Shown: positions 9,038-18,721 of the stretch, piece after piece
Layout: each line of letters starts with the position of its first letter
Position numbering within the stretch: position 1 is the stretch's first letter
Virus record (IMG/VR): IMGVR_UViG_3300025853_000045
Coordinates: 26,953-90,952 of that record
Strand: one strand, 5' to 3'
Source: a virus
Length of the DNA stretch: 64,000 nucleotides
The notes under the pieces: model-generated
Told to the model about the DNA's origin: nothing
The model's database searches: none
What the model saw: the letters and a program-made list of their open reading frames with translations, nothing else
Translations under genes and position numbers: made by a program

Positions 9038-10434
9038 TCTAACAACCCCGCCATTATGTCATCCAAGTCCACAATACGCTCACGGAACTCCGTTGTCGCC
9101 CAATGAGCCAACGCGAGAGCAATAGCAAAGTCGTCATGCCGACCGATGCTGTCAAGCCGTCCTTTCTTGCTCATACCGAACATCAGCAATTCACGTTCAA
9201 GTTCAGACGTGAGTGTACGAGAACGGTCGTCACCGTAAGGCAATCGTATTTGTTCATTCTCAAAACGCAACACCAACCCCATGAGTAGTGACTCGCGACG
9301 TTGCCGTGTGGATATGAATGTCTTAATTGGTAAGTCTGTATCCGCGCGTAGTTCTGTTGCGAAGACGCGTTGAAAGTTGTTGGCTTCAAGTTCGATGACG
9401 TCAGGATTGAATTTTGCATTCAAACGCTGTATCTCCATGATTTGCGTGCGGAAGTCCATGTTCTTACGACGAACCGCATGAACCATCTCAAGTAATTCAG
9501 GGTTGGTTGATGGACGTCGAAGAACGACCATCACGGTATAGTCAGCCGCGCGGTCTGATGAAATCGCGGGGTCCCAACCGATGAAGTATTGGTCGTCAGG
9601 GTCGCCTGTTTCACGTTCGATTAACCGAAGCGACGAATCTTTTGCCGCTTGAAGAACGGTGGATGGGAAGAGACTGCTAACGTCGTCCATTGGTTCACAT
9701 AGATATTCACGCGCAAATGCAATCGCGGGCATATCGTTTCGACGTGCATCAAGTGATTCTAAATCCCATCGTTCAGGCCACAACGCCTCACCTTTGCTGT
9801 TGATGGCAGGGTAAGTTTCGACAAGATACCCTTCGCGACTTTCCAACTCCGTGTAAAGGTCGGTCGGTGTAAACGGTGTTCCGACAATCATCAACTTGGA
9901 TGTGTGGTGAAGTGTAGGAACAAGGACTTCGTAAAACCACGAAGCGACGCGAGCGAGTTCTGTGTCGGTTGTTCCCCACAGAATGTCGTCGCATAGAATC
10001 AAGTCAGGGTGAATACCACGAATAGCACCACCAACCGACTTTGCGCTGATGTTTGAGCCGTTACTGAAACCAAAAAATGTCTTCGACCATGAGTCAGCCT
10101 TCTTCATTTTCGCGAGAAACGGCACACCATCAATCAAATCATTGAGTGTGCGCATGTGGTGAATGGACTGATGAAGACTGTGCGAAATCAAAACGGCTTT
10201 GGTCTTGGGATTGAATGCAGTCTTCCAAAGCATGTAGCCAAGAAACAACGTTGACTTACCGTGGTCACGCGCCGCTTTGACACAATATCGCTTTCGTGAT
10301 TCAAGGTTGTTATACCACTGCTCATGATGCCACGACAATTGAAACCCAAGAATCTCTTCAAAGAAGAATTTGAAGTCGCGCTTCGCTACTTCAAAATCAA
10401 TCTCTTCGATGGCTTCAAGGGATAACTGTTGCAC
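9034..10434 (-). CDS. terL: Terminase large subunit
   Basis: Walker A ARDHGKST, Walker B ILCDD, coupling motif VGTP, nuclease IGWDPA and HDDFAIALALA. Confidence 0.95.
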   Translation of the reverse strand: MQQLSLEAIEEIDFEVAKRDFKFFFEEILGFQLSWHHEQWYNNLESRKRYCVKAARDHGKSTLFLGYMLWKTAFNPKTKAVLISHSLHQSIHHMRTLNDLIDGVPFLAKMKKADSWSKTFFGFSNGSNISAKSVGGAIRGIHPDLILCDDILWGTTDTELARVASWFYEVLVPTLHHTSKLMIVGTPFTPTDLYTELESREGYLVETYPAINSKGEALWPERWDLESLDARRNDMPAIAFAREYLCEPMDDVSSLFPSTVLQAAKDSSLRLIERETGDPDDQYFIGWDPAISSDRAADYTVMVVLRRPSTNPELLEMVHAVRRKNMDFRTQIMEIQRLNAKFNPDVIELEANNFQRVFATELRADTDLPIKTFISTRQRRESLLMGLVLRFENEQIRLPYGDDRSRTLTSELERELLMFGMSKKGRLDSIGRHDDFAIALALAHWATTEFRERIVDLDDIMAGLLD

Positions 10435-10440
10435 GCGCCA

Positions 10441-12066
10441 TCACCGAATGTTCAACCCTTTCAATAGCGCATCCCATGATGCTATGTGTTTATCGCTTGA
10501 GAACAACGCGAGAGGTGCGGCGGCAGGGTCATCATCATCACCACCACTCCCTGCTGAATCAGGGAACATAACCTGCGCTTGTTCACCACTCGTCGCTTCC
10601 TCAACCTTTTGTTTCGCGTCAGGATTGCCTTGTTCTGCTGATTGAACAGTCGCGTCAGCCTGTGCAGGTGACATACCGTGATAAGCGGCAACAGCCTGTG
10701 CCAACTTGGTCCTGTATCCCCTGCTACCTGTCGCGGATGTAATCGCTTCATAACTTTCGGGTTTGTCAAACAAACCAAGTGCTACTTCACGCGCTTTTTT
10801 GCGTGAAGTGCCGCCTGTATATCCTGCTGTATCGAGCATTTGGTCTGCGAATCGTCCGCGCTCATCATCTTCTTGAGACGCATCTCCGTCAAGTGTGAGG
10901 TCATACATTTCTTCATCTTGAGGTTGTTCATTCTCACCTTCGCCAAGTGTGAGGTCATACATTTCTTCATCTTTAGGAGGCTCGGCAGGTGCAGGTGTTG
11001 GATTGATAGCAGGTGGTGGTGGTGAGTCGGTATTGACCGACTCTTTTAGTCCTTCAGACGCGCTATCAATTTCTTGGTTGATTGCTTCAACAGTTCCTTC
11101 ATTTGCATCTTGCTCGGCTTGTCGCGCTTCTTGCATTTGTTCAGGCGTCTGTTGCAATCCACGATTTTGTCGCGAAATGTCCAACGCTCTTCGGAATCTG
11201 TTTGGTCGCGGACCTTCTAACGAACTTTTCTTTTCAGCCAATTGTTGTCGCATCTCTTCTTCTTTTTGAGCCAATGGTGTTTGAGCAATCGCCACCAACT
11301 GACGGTGTCGCTCACCTGCGTCAGTTCCCGCTTCTCGACGAGCGCGCGCTCGTTGGTCTTCTAATCTATTCAAGTCACCTTGAAGAACGTCGCGTCGCAT
11401 ACCTGCCGCTTTGTCTTTGCGTGCTTGGTCTTTCGCTTGTCTTCTTCCTTCTCGGTAATTCCCCGCCACTCCCATGAAATCTCGCATACGCTCACTCGCG
11501 CCCGGAAATTTATCAGCCAAGAATCGCCCTGCCTGACCTGCTTTGTCACCGACAAACCGTCCTGCACCTGCGATGCCTCGACCCATACCTTTGACACCTT
11601 CGACTACACCTCGACCTGTTTGAGCGACAGCGCGACCTGCGGCTTGTCCGTATTGACCTGTTCGTGCTAAATTGCCAACGGTGCGTTGTCCTTGCTCAAG
11701 CGCGGCTTGTGAATCCAAAGCGCGTTGCGCACCGAGCAAACGTCGTGCGTCTCGCGCATTTCTAAAAGCGGTATTTGTATTACCAACAGTTCCCGAAATA
11801 GCAGGAACAAATCCTTGATTGACGCCGAAAGGTTGCTGTGGTTGCTGTGGTTGCGGAACATTCTTCCGAATGATGTCAGGATGTGAGTTGTCGCGCTCCG
11901 CGACAGCCTTGATGAGTGGCTCCCAAGTGTCGTCGTGTTGATTGAGCATAACGTAATTGACATCCGTGAGGTTGCCTCCTTTCGCGAAGATAAACTCCAT
12001 TGTGCCTAAATCGACACCGTGTTCAATCATACTGCTGTTCCATTCAATTTCCCATGTTTCAACCAT
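10441..12066 (-). CDS. Hypothetical virion/internal protein (about 541 aa) with two DEEMYDLTL repeats
   Basis: Long ORF; start ATG 12066 overlaps the end of the upstream gene; Ala/Gly/Gln-rich helices. Confidence 0.8.
   Translation of the reverse strand: MVETWEIEWNSSMIEHGVDLGTMEFIFAKGGNLTDVNYVMLNQHDDTWEPLIKAVAERDNSHPDIIRKNVPQPQQPQQPFGVNQGFVPAISGTVGNTNTAFRNARDARRLLGAQRALDSQAALEQGQRTVGNLARTGQYGQAAGRAVAQTGRGVVEGVKGMGRGIAGAGRFVGDKAGQAGRFLADKFPGASERMRDFMGVAGNYREGRRQAKDQARKDKAAGMRRDVLQGDLNRLEDQRARARREAGTDAGERHRQLVAIAQTPLAQKEEEMRQQLAEKKSSLEGPRPNRFRRALDISRQNRGLQQTPEQMQEARQAEQDANEGTVEAINQEIDSASEGLKESVNTDSPPPPAINPTPAPAEPPKDEEMYDLTLGEGENEQPQDEEMYDLTLDGDASQEDDERGRFADQMLDTAGYTGGTSRKKAREVALGLFDKPESYEAITSATGSRGYRTKLAQAVAAYHGMSPAQADATVQSAEQGNPDAKQKVEEATSGEQAQVMFPDSAGSGGDDDDPAAAPLALFSSDKHIASWDALLKGLNIR
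10890..10973. repeat. Perfect 30-bp direct repeat (10890-10919, 10944-10973) encoding DEEMYDLTL
   Basis: caagtgtgaggtcatacatttcttcatctt occurs twice, 54 bp apart. Confidence 0.95.
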
Positions 12067-13864
12067 TGAGTGCGCCTCCACAAGACCGCTTGATAGCGCG
12101 AACCACGTCATGCGTCGTGTTAAAAGATTTCGCTATCACATTCCAATCTCCGAGCGACATAGCAATCGCGCGGACATCAAGACTCGACATACCTACATTT
12201 TCGCCCAACTGTTGCATATCATACGAATCCATAGGGTCGTATTTCTGCATCAATGAGCCACCTGCGTCATGCATTTGCACACGCTCCATAATCGTCGCGA
12301 TGACACCCATTGGGTCATCGTTCGACTTCATTGAGAAAGATGGACCGAACCCACCAAACCCTCCAAATTCAGGCGGAGCAAATCCGCCGAATGGCACTTG
12401 GGCTGAACCGCCTTCGTCAGCCAACGGGTCAGCCGCGAGAGGTTTTTGCGTTTCGTTCTCGGACGGCATTGTGGTCAATGGCTCTTGAGGTGGGAGCAAC
12501 GGCTCAACAGGTTGTTGTTCCGCGCCTATCGTTCCTCCACTCAAGTGCGACGGGAAGGAGTCGTGCAAATGGTCGTAGTTCGTATTGAATTTACCGCGCA
12601 TATCATGATGTTCGTCAGCAAGACCGAGCGAATCCATGTCGATTTGTCTCGCTCTCGACGAAGCATATTCGACGTAATTATCACGCACATTCGGTCTTGT
12701 AAGTGGAGTGTCGCCAAGTTCGACGCCTGTTTCTTCTGCTGTCTTGAGCATAGCCATGATGTCGATTGCCGCATTCTTTTGGCCGCGTTCATCATCGCCA
12801 ATAAGACGACCAAATTGTCCGACGTGTTTCGTGTAAAGTTGGTGAATATCGCGATTTTTGTCAATGCCGATTTGTTCTCGTATGTCTTTCATTATGGTGC
12901 GCAAACCTGTTGCACGTCCATCTTTACCTGTTCCTCCGCCATACAACAACTGATTGACGGGAGCGCGAGCCATCTCTCTCGCTGTGTTTTGGTCGTATCC
13001 CAACTCCATCAATTCATTCATGAAATCAGTCGACATACCGCCCTGCGTTGATGGATTGAAGAATGCATTCGGTAAAACAGACACGATGGACATAGGTGAT
13101 ATTTCACCATACGCGGCAGTTTGAGAGTGCAATTGTTTGTAATGCGAAGGGAATTTTGTGTTCTTCTTTGACGTTGGGTCAGCCTCATTTGACGTGTATC
13201 GTCGCGTTACTCCACTTGTAATTTGTTGAGGTTCGATAACGTTCTGTCTTGCACCCAAACGTGTATCTATACCGCGCTTCTTTACTTCATCTTGGAACTC
13301 TTTGGAAAAATGAAATGCCGCTGACTCAAGATGCACACCAAGCGTTGGGTGCGCTTTGTTGTTCGCGTGGTTGTTGATTAACTTCCCATCTTCTGTTCTT
13401 GTTCTTCGTTGTGCTGTCGGCACACGCTTGTGTTCGTGCGAACCGTAGTGATTGTTCATGTATTCAGGATGGAGACGACCATCTTCTCCGAACGGAATTG
13501 GGACGGTGTGAAAGTCGTCGTTGTTGTCGCGTTTGATTTTGTTGAATCGCATCGCGGAAGCATTCATGATTTCTTTCGCCATACTCAAAGCGTTGGATTC
13601 TGTTGTCGGCTTTCGCCTGACGCCGTTTTCATCAATGTATCCTCCCTTCATGATTTCATTGGCTAAAATCATCGCGCTTTTCTCCATAGGGAATTGACGC
13701 ATGTGCGCAGGTATCTCCTTGAAAGGCTTACCTGTTATCGAATTGATGTAAAAATGTGATTCGTTTTCGTGGTCAGAATCTTCAGGTGGGAACGACATAG
13801 GGTGCATGACCCCATCTTCGTCCATGTAGTAAACGCCTTTTCCTTTGAGGATGATGTCGCTCAA
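12059..13864 (-). CDS. Hypothetical protein (about 601 aa)
   Basis: TTG start at 13864 after a GGAGAGGTGG RBS, overlapping the upstream TGA. Confidence 0.8.
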   Translation of the reverse strand: MSDIILKGKGVYYMDEDGVMHPMSFPPEDSDHENESHFYINSITGKPFKEIPAHMRQFPMEKSAMILANEIMKGGYIDENGVRRKPTTESNALSMAKEIMNASAMRFNKIKRDNNDDFHTVPIPFGEDGRLHPEYMNNHYGSHEHKRVPTAQRRTRTEDGKLINNHANNKAHPTLGVHLESAAFHFSKEFQDEVKKRGIDTRLGARQNVIEPQQITSGVTRRYTSNEADPTSKKNTKFPSHYKQLHSQTAAYGEISPMSIVSVLPNAFFNPSTQGGMSTDFMNELMELGYDQNTAREMARAPVNQLLYGGGTGKDGRATGLRTIMKDIREQIGIDKNRDIHQLYTKHVGQFGRLIGDDERGQKNAAIDIMAMLKTAEETGVELGDTPLTRPNVRDNYVEYASSRARQIDMDSLGLADEHHDMRGKFNTNYDHLHDSFPSHLSGGTIGAEQQPVEPLLPPQEPLTTMPSENETQKPLAADPLADEGGSAQVPFGGFAPPEFGGFGGFGPSFSMKSNDDPMGVIATIMERVQMHDAGGSLMQKYDPMDSYDMQQLGENVGMSSLDVRAIAMSLGDWNVIAKSFNTTHDVVRAIKRSCGGALNG

Positions 13865-15090
13865 CCTATTCCACCTCTCCTGACATACAAGTCGTATGCG
13901 TGTGCGCCCCATCGCGTCGCATCGTCATCAGGGTCGGTCTCGGTTGGACCTGTTGGATTTGATGTCTCCCCACCTGACGAATTCGGTGTGGACGTTTTAT
14001 CTTCTTTATGCATCATGCGTCGCAACAAACGATTCAATTTGTCCATCAACGTTCGATATTCAATCCTATCGCGAGGTGATATACCTACCTTGACTTTCTG
14101 TGCGCGTCCTTTCATGAATTCTTCGGAAGCGAGAATCGAATCCGCACCACCCGCAAGTGAAGTTGCTTCTGTCATTTCTTGACCCATTGGTGTTGGTGCT
14201 GTGCGCGGTTGCCGAGTTGCTTTGCTGTGCAACTTCTTACGACCGCGACCGCGAGGTGGTTTTGTCAATCGAGACATCGGAGACATCGTTGGGATAGGCG
14301 GTGTAATGTCCTGCGTTGGTTGTGTTTGTCGAATTTGTTGTCGTGCCGCTTCCGCTTCGCGTTGTCGTGGGTCAGGATATGCTTGTTTAGCACGCGAACG
14401 GCCTGTCGCACCACCGACACGGATAAATCGGGTTGGCTGACGGTATGTGTATCCTGTTCCAAACGAAGCATACGGAGCGCGAGCGGCAGAAAGGGCTGAC
14501 ATACTCCCCATCTGTCGAACGTTTCCTGCTTTGAGCGGAATACCGCTTCCTTTTCTTCGCCTTCGACGCTTGAGTGATTCGACGGTGACGTTTTTCCTCG
14601 CTTTACGCTTCTTACCTGTTTTCGCTCTCGCTCTCGCTCGTATTGTTGAAATCGTCGTTGTCTTCTGTGGTTTTTCGTCGTCGTATTTTGGCTTGTCGCG
14701 TTTTTTGCGAATCATTTCAAACGCGTCGTCGATGTAATCCGTCGTCGAGAGCATGATGTTCGCACCGAGACCACTCGCGTTCGGATTCGCACCGTCGATA
14801 GCCTCGCTTTGTCCGACCTGTCCTGTCATTTGACCAAGTTCAGCCTGTTGCTTCATATCGCTGTCTTCTTCATCGTCAGGATTCTTTTGAGGAATCTTAA
14901 TTTTCATATGTTGAAGACCTTGCAATTTGCGTGCGCGCTTATCTTGTTCTTCACGCTTCTTTGCATCGTGAAGTGCGCGCTCTTCGGAGTCTTCGCGACC
15001 AACCGATGAATCTTCTTGCAATTCTTCCGCGCTTTGACGCGGATTGAATCGAAAACCTGCGGTGCTTCCTGTTCCCGCAGTTCCAACCAC
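13861..15090 (-). CDS. Hypothetical Arg/Lys-rich protein (409 aa), possible DNA-condensing internal protein
   Basis: Long ORF with strongly basic low-complexity tracts. Confidence 0.75.
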   Translation of the reverse strand: MVGTAGTGSTAGFRFNPRQSAEELQEDSSVGREDSEERALHDAKKREEQDKRARKLQGLQHMKIKIPQKNPDDEEDSDMKQQAELGQMTGQVGQSEAIDGANPNASGLGANIMLSTTDYIDDAFEMIRKKRDKPKYDDEKPQKTTTISTIRARARAKTGKKRKARKNVTVESLKRRRRRKGSGIPLKAGNVRQMGSMSALSAARAPYASFGTGYTYRQPTRFIRVGGATGRSRAKQAYPDPRQREAEAARQQIRQTQPTQDITPPIPTMSPMSRLTKPPRGRGRKKLHSKATRQPRTAPTPMGQEMTEATSLAGGADSILASEEFMKGRAQKVKVGISPRDRIEYRTLMDKLNRLLRRMMHKEDKTSTPNSSGGETSNPTGPTETDPDDDATRWGAHAYDLYVRRGGIG

Positions 15091-15758
15091 TATTCGTCAC
15101 CGCCCATCAATTTGTTACGAAGGCGCGCCCATACTTCAGGGCTTTCTTTCGCCAATTCAACTTTGAGGATGTTGATGGTTTGAGCGTTCATGGTTTCGTT
15201 CGTGCTTCCTGCCGCACGTTCTTGGACGCGCACGATGTCTTTCACCGTCTCACGCACTTCTTTGTGTAACGAAACAATGTTACGAACGTATTGAGGGTCG
15301 TTGCGGTCAGCATCGTCAAGAAAGTGACCTAATTCACCGTTGATTCGTGCTAAATTGTTACGCAAAGACTCCATCTCCTGCCCTGCTTCAACGATGATGA
15401 GGTCAGCCGCACCTTTTTGCACAACAGGCTTGAGGTGGTGTTTAAGATGATGATATACGTTTGATTCAGGAATTTGGAGGTCGTCAGCGATTTGTTGGGT
15501 TGTCATTGATAAGTTGAAATACGCTTGCTCAAGGTTTTCGCGCTTTGGAGAAGTGCAAAAACCGCATTGACTGTTGCTCGCCATGTGATACTCGCCCATA
15601 TGGTTACGAAAATGACGGTCAGCCGTTCCTTCACGCCATCCCATATCACTATCCATATCTTTCGCGGTCATCATTCCGCTCTTCATCATCTCTTCCAAAG
15701 AGTCGCGACCCTCGTCCTGACAGAATTTGCAAGAAGCACGCGATATACGCTCCGCCAT
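15090..15758 (-). CDS. Tandem Zn-finger/HTH protein with a coiled coil; candidate terminase small subunit
   Basis: Two CxxC...HxxxH units (CKFC...RHFRNHM; CGFC...HHLKHHL). First gene of the run that contains terL. Confidence 0.5.
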   Translation of the reverse strand: MAERISRASCKFCQDEGRDSLEEMMKSGMMTAKDMDSDMGWREGTADRHFRNHMGEYHMASNSQCGFCTSPKRENLEQAYFNLSMTTQQIADDLQIPESNVYHHLKHHLKPVVQKGAADLIIVEAGQEMESLRNNLARINGELGHFLDDADRNDPQYVRNIVSLHKEVRETVKDIVRVQERAAGSTNETMNAQTINILKVELAKESPEVWARLRNKLMGGDE

Positions 15759-15783
15759 AGCAAAGACCAAGTAGCCGTATCAA

Positions 15784-16104
15784 ATGAGTGTTTCTATGCG
15801 AGAGAGGCTTCGTCGTTCACCTAAAATAGCAGGTGTTCCGCTTTCAAAGAATACAGCAAAGAGTCTTTCTCGCGCCGCTATGGATATTATCAAAAACAAC
15901 AAGGCTGACCTCACAGAACGAGAGCGTCGTTACAATATATGCCAACAATGCCCTGAACGGCGACACGACCGATGCGGATTGTGTGGTTGTTTTATCAAAA
16001 CAAAGACGATACTGCTCAACAGCGAATGCCCTATTGGTAAATGGTCAACCTTGTTGTCCGAGTCGTCGGTAAATCATTCCCGTCGCGCTGAACGAGACGA
16101 ATAG
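15784..16104 (+). CDS. Cys-rich protein (DUF6171-like)
   Basis: RYNICQQC...CGLCGCFIKTKT...CPIGKW pattern. Lone plus-strand gene; 60-bp convergent overlap with 16045-16278. Confidence 0.7.
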   Translation: MSVSMRERLRRSPKIAGVPLSKNTAKSLSRAAMDIIKNNKADLTERERRYNICQQCPERRHDRCGLCGCFIKTKTILLNSECPIGKWSTLLSESSVNHSRRAERDE

Positions 16105-16278
16105 TGCGCCGATAACCCAACTTAAGTCGGTTGAAGTCATTTGTGGTCCTGAAAAGACCAAGATAAGAAAGCAACCAAGCGTCAATGTGATAAGTTGAAC
16201 CATAATCATGTCAACAATAACTGATTTGCGCAAATTTGTCATATCGCTGATGGTCGTGTATAGCGAAGAGATGTCCAT
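16045..16278 (-). CDS. Small two-TM membrane protein (77 aa), holin-like size
   Basis: GGAGG RBS before ATG 16278; hydrophobic segments MIMVQLITLTLGCFLILVF and WVIGALFVSFSATGMIY. Confidence 0.75.
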   Translation of the reverse strand: MDISSLYTTISDMTNLRKSVIVDMIMVQLITLTLGCFLILVFSGPQMTSTDLSWVIGALFVSFSATGMIYRRLGQQG

Positions 16279-16279
16279 A

Positions 16280-16861
16280 TCATCGACCTCCTGCCATTCC
16301 GCGCATGAACGAACCGATGCCACCACCAACGTTCTGTAACATGCCGGGGTCCGCGAGAGCGTTATCCAACATACCTTGTAACGAACTTTGGTTTGCGATT
16401 TGCACCATTTGTTGGAATTGCATGTTTGTTTGTTGAACATTGTTGGATGCTTGATTGAGTATTTGCGTTTGCGCCATCGTGACGCTATCAGCAGTCGGTA
16501 ATCCCTGCACACCGCTAAAATCGAACGTATATCCGTTGTCCTTTTCGACCAATTTCGCGTTTGATAGCATTGTGTGGACAGAAACAGCAACAAGACTGCT
16601 CAAAAGCGAGATAAGCATGTTCATATTTGCGCCGTTGTTGTCCGATAACCACTTGTCGATGAGAGGATTGCTTGTTATCATCGCGGACAAAATATCCATT
16701 TCTGACGGTGGTGGAGGTGGCGCATAGGGGTTGTATCCCCCATTTTGCGTTCCATTCGTGATTTGATACGGAACTTGTTGCTGTCCGCTCGGTAATCCGA
16801 GATTCAACGCGCCATTTTGTTGTTGCGCGGGTTGGTTATTGTTGCTAAAAGGCCACACCAT
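16280..16861 (-). CDS. Gln/Asn/Pro-rich protein with a hydrophobic helix (GTPase operon)
   Basis: MVWPF N-terminus, YNPYAPPPPP, MLISLLSSLVAVSV, amphipathic C-terminus. Confidence 0.8.
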   Translation of the reverse strand: MVWPFSNNNQPAQQQNGALNLGLPSGQQQVPYQITNGTQNGGYNPYAPPPPPSEMDILSAMITSNPLIDKWLSDNNGANMNMLISLLSSLVAVSVHTMLSNAKLVEKDNGYTFDFSGVQGLPTADSVTMAQTQILNQASNNVQQTNMQFQQMVQIANQSSLQGMLDNALADPGMLQNVGGGIGSFMRGMAGGR

Positions 16862-16870
16862 GATACAACC

Positions 16871-17752
16871 TCACGCTACACCATCATTTGATTCTGTCGG
16901 TAAAGGAAGAGGGGCGGTTTGTTGCTGTGCTTGATGTATCGCGAGCGCATCAAACAACAACCGCGCATTGTTCCCTGCTTGAAATTGACGCATATCAAAC
17001 ACAATCATCACTAAATCATTCATTCCTGTCGCGGTATTGGTTAAATGTGTGACAGGAATGTTATCTTGTTTGAGCATTTGAAAGAATGGCTCATATTTAG
17101 CGAGTATTGGAGGTGTGTTGTCCTTCTTTTTGATGCTACTGATTGGCACAGCAACGGTCGAAACACCCTTTTTCAACTTCGCTTTAAGCGTCCCACCGCT
17201 CGCTTCCTCTTCTTTCTCGTCTTCTTTCTCCCATTTCGTCAACAAATGATACAAATGAAGGTGTTCAGGGCAGTATGTTGCGCGCAATTTACGCCCACTT
17301 GTGACTTTTTCGCGTGCTACAAAGGCTTCAACCTCGCCTGTTACAGGGTTTTTGAAGTACAAATCCCACAACGTTTGACCTGTTTCTTCGTCTCCAACCT
17401 GCTCGTAAATGTTCCCTGCATGTCGTAAAAGGTGTTCAACATCGCATCCGTCAACGCAACATCGCATTGTGTTGGTATTGTAACGATATTTACCGCCCCA
17501 AATGCGTTTGAGAGAGAAAATTGACCTTTTTGTGGGTTTCAAGAGGCGATATGCTTGCTTTATGTCCTTTCTTCGCGCTTTTTTGGGGTTTGGGTGCTGT
17601 GAAGGGTAAAAATTGACCTGCGGAACTTCGATATGTTGGCTCGCATTGCTCATCGCGGCCTGTGCGGATGCCTGTTGTTGCATCTGTGCGAGGCTCATTT
17701 GTGTCTGTGCGGCGAGGCGTAAGAGGTCGTTTTGAGGGGTATTACCAAGCAT
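16871..17752 (-). CDS. Hypothetical protein with a putative Zn site (GTPase operon)
   Basis: CCVDGC...YCPEHLH; directly downstream of the GTPase. Confidence 0.8.
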   Translation of the reverse strand: MLGNTPQNDLLRLAAQTQMSLAQMQQQASAQAAMSNASQHIEVPQVNFYPSQHPNPKKARRKDIKQAYRLLKPTKRSIFSLKRIWGGKYRYNTNTMRCCVDGCDVEHLLRHAGNIYEQVGDEETGQTLWDLYFKNPVTGEVEAFVAREKVTSGRKLRATYCPEHLHLYHLLTKWEKEDEKEEEASGGTLKAKLKKGVSTVAVPISSIKKKDNTPPILAKYEPFFQMLKQDNIPVTHLTNTATGMNDLVMIVFDMRQFQAGNNARLLFDALAIHQAQQQTAPLPLPTESNDGVA

Positions 17753-17756
17753 TTTA

Positions 17757-18479
17757 TCACCAATTTAGCATTTCAATCAACGTTTTTTCCACATTCCAAC
17801 CAATTTTCGTCGCCATCATGCTAACGCGACACGGAATACCTGCTTTTTGAAGCCTCCGCATGGCAGGACGGTGCGAATCGAACACTTTATGCTCGCGTAA
17901 TCGGTTGGATTGCCACAAAATGTTCGCATTATCATCCCACCACTCGTCCGCTTTGTTCGCGACGAGCCATATTTGCTTCGGAGCGTAGCGTTTTCCGCGC
18001 AATCTTGTCAATAATGAGCGGTATCTCCACCGTTTTTCAATCAACGAGTCGGTGAGATACTCAAAACCACCGATTGCGTCAATAACTTCGGCTCCTTGTC
18101 CTTTCAAGACGCGCGTATCTGTCATAAATATGACAATTTCGACTTGTCGGTCAACCATATCGTCAATCCACAAGTTCCAAAAGCGTTGCTGACCGCCAAT
18201 ATCAGACGAATGTACCACTCTTTTCTCCCCCTGCCATCGAATTCGCTTTCGCGTGGCTTTTGGTAAGACGTATCCGCCACCGATAAGGCGTTTTGCGTGC
18301 ATTGTGCGGTCTTCGATGTCGTCCATTTCACCCGGAGTGCGCATAAATTGGTCGAGCGTGGTTTTTCCAACGCGAGTTGGACCGTAAACACCAATCCTGC
18401 GTGGTTTTACGAAGTTATACAACTCCTTACCGTAAACAATCGCGCCCATAAGTGCGCTTCCTGCTACTGTTCCGACCAA
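17757..18479 (-). CDS. Arf/Sar-like small GTPase (Ras superfamily)
   Basis: G1 GPTRVGKTT, G3 DIGGQ, post-switch-II FWNLW, IVIFMTD, G4 LVANKAD, G5-like MMATKIG; hydrophobic N-terminal helix. Confidence 0.9.
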   Translation of the reverse strand: MVGTVAGSALMGAIVYGKELYNFVKPRRIGVYGPTRVGKTTLDQFMRTPGEMDDIEDRTMHAKRLIGGGYVLPKATRKRIRWQGEKRVVHSSDIGGQQRFWNLWIDDMVDRQVEIVIFMTDTRVLKGQGAEVIDAIGGFEYLTDSLIEKRWRYRSLLTRLRGKRYAPKQIWLVANKADEWWDDNANILWQSNRLREHKVFDSHRPAMRRLQKAGIPCRVSMMATKIGWNVEKTLIEMLNW

Positions 18480-18716
18480 TCATTCCACCCATCCGCGTAT
18501 TTTATTGAAAAACCACTCAACTGTGTTCTCCCAAATGCTTACATCGGTTGCTTGTTCAAACCATGATACACCAAGAGCCGTTGAAAAACCAACGATGATG
18601 CATAAAACCAACGCTTTACCGCGTTCGTAGTAAGTGTCGAGTGTGTTTTGAGTATGTAAAGCGCGCAACGTTGCTTCCGTAGCATCATCTGATGGGGTTT
18701 TGAACAACCAACCCAT
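18480..18716 (-). CDS. Small single-TM membrane protein (78 aa)
   Basis: AGGAGTGA RBS; MGWLF start; TM ALVLCIIVGFSTALGVSWF. Confidence 0.8.
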   Translation of the reverse strand: MGWLFKTPSDDATEATLRALHTQNTLDTYYERGKALVLCIIVGFSTALGVSWFEQATDVSIWENTVEWFFNKIRGWVE

Positions 18717-18721
18717 AACGT

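Noticed and set aside
16700-16740. ESCRT late-domain motif in YNPYAPPPPP
   Set aside because: Not an exact PPxY, PTAP or YPxL match, and no ESCRT genes are in the window; noted only as Pro-rich.
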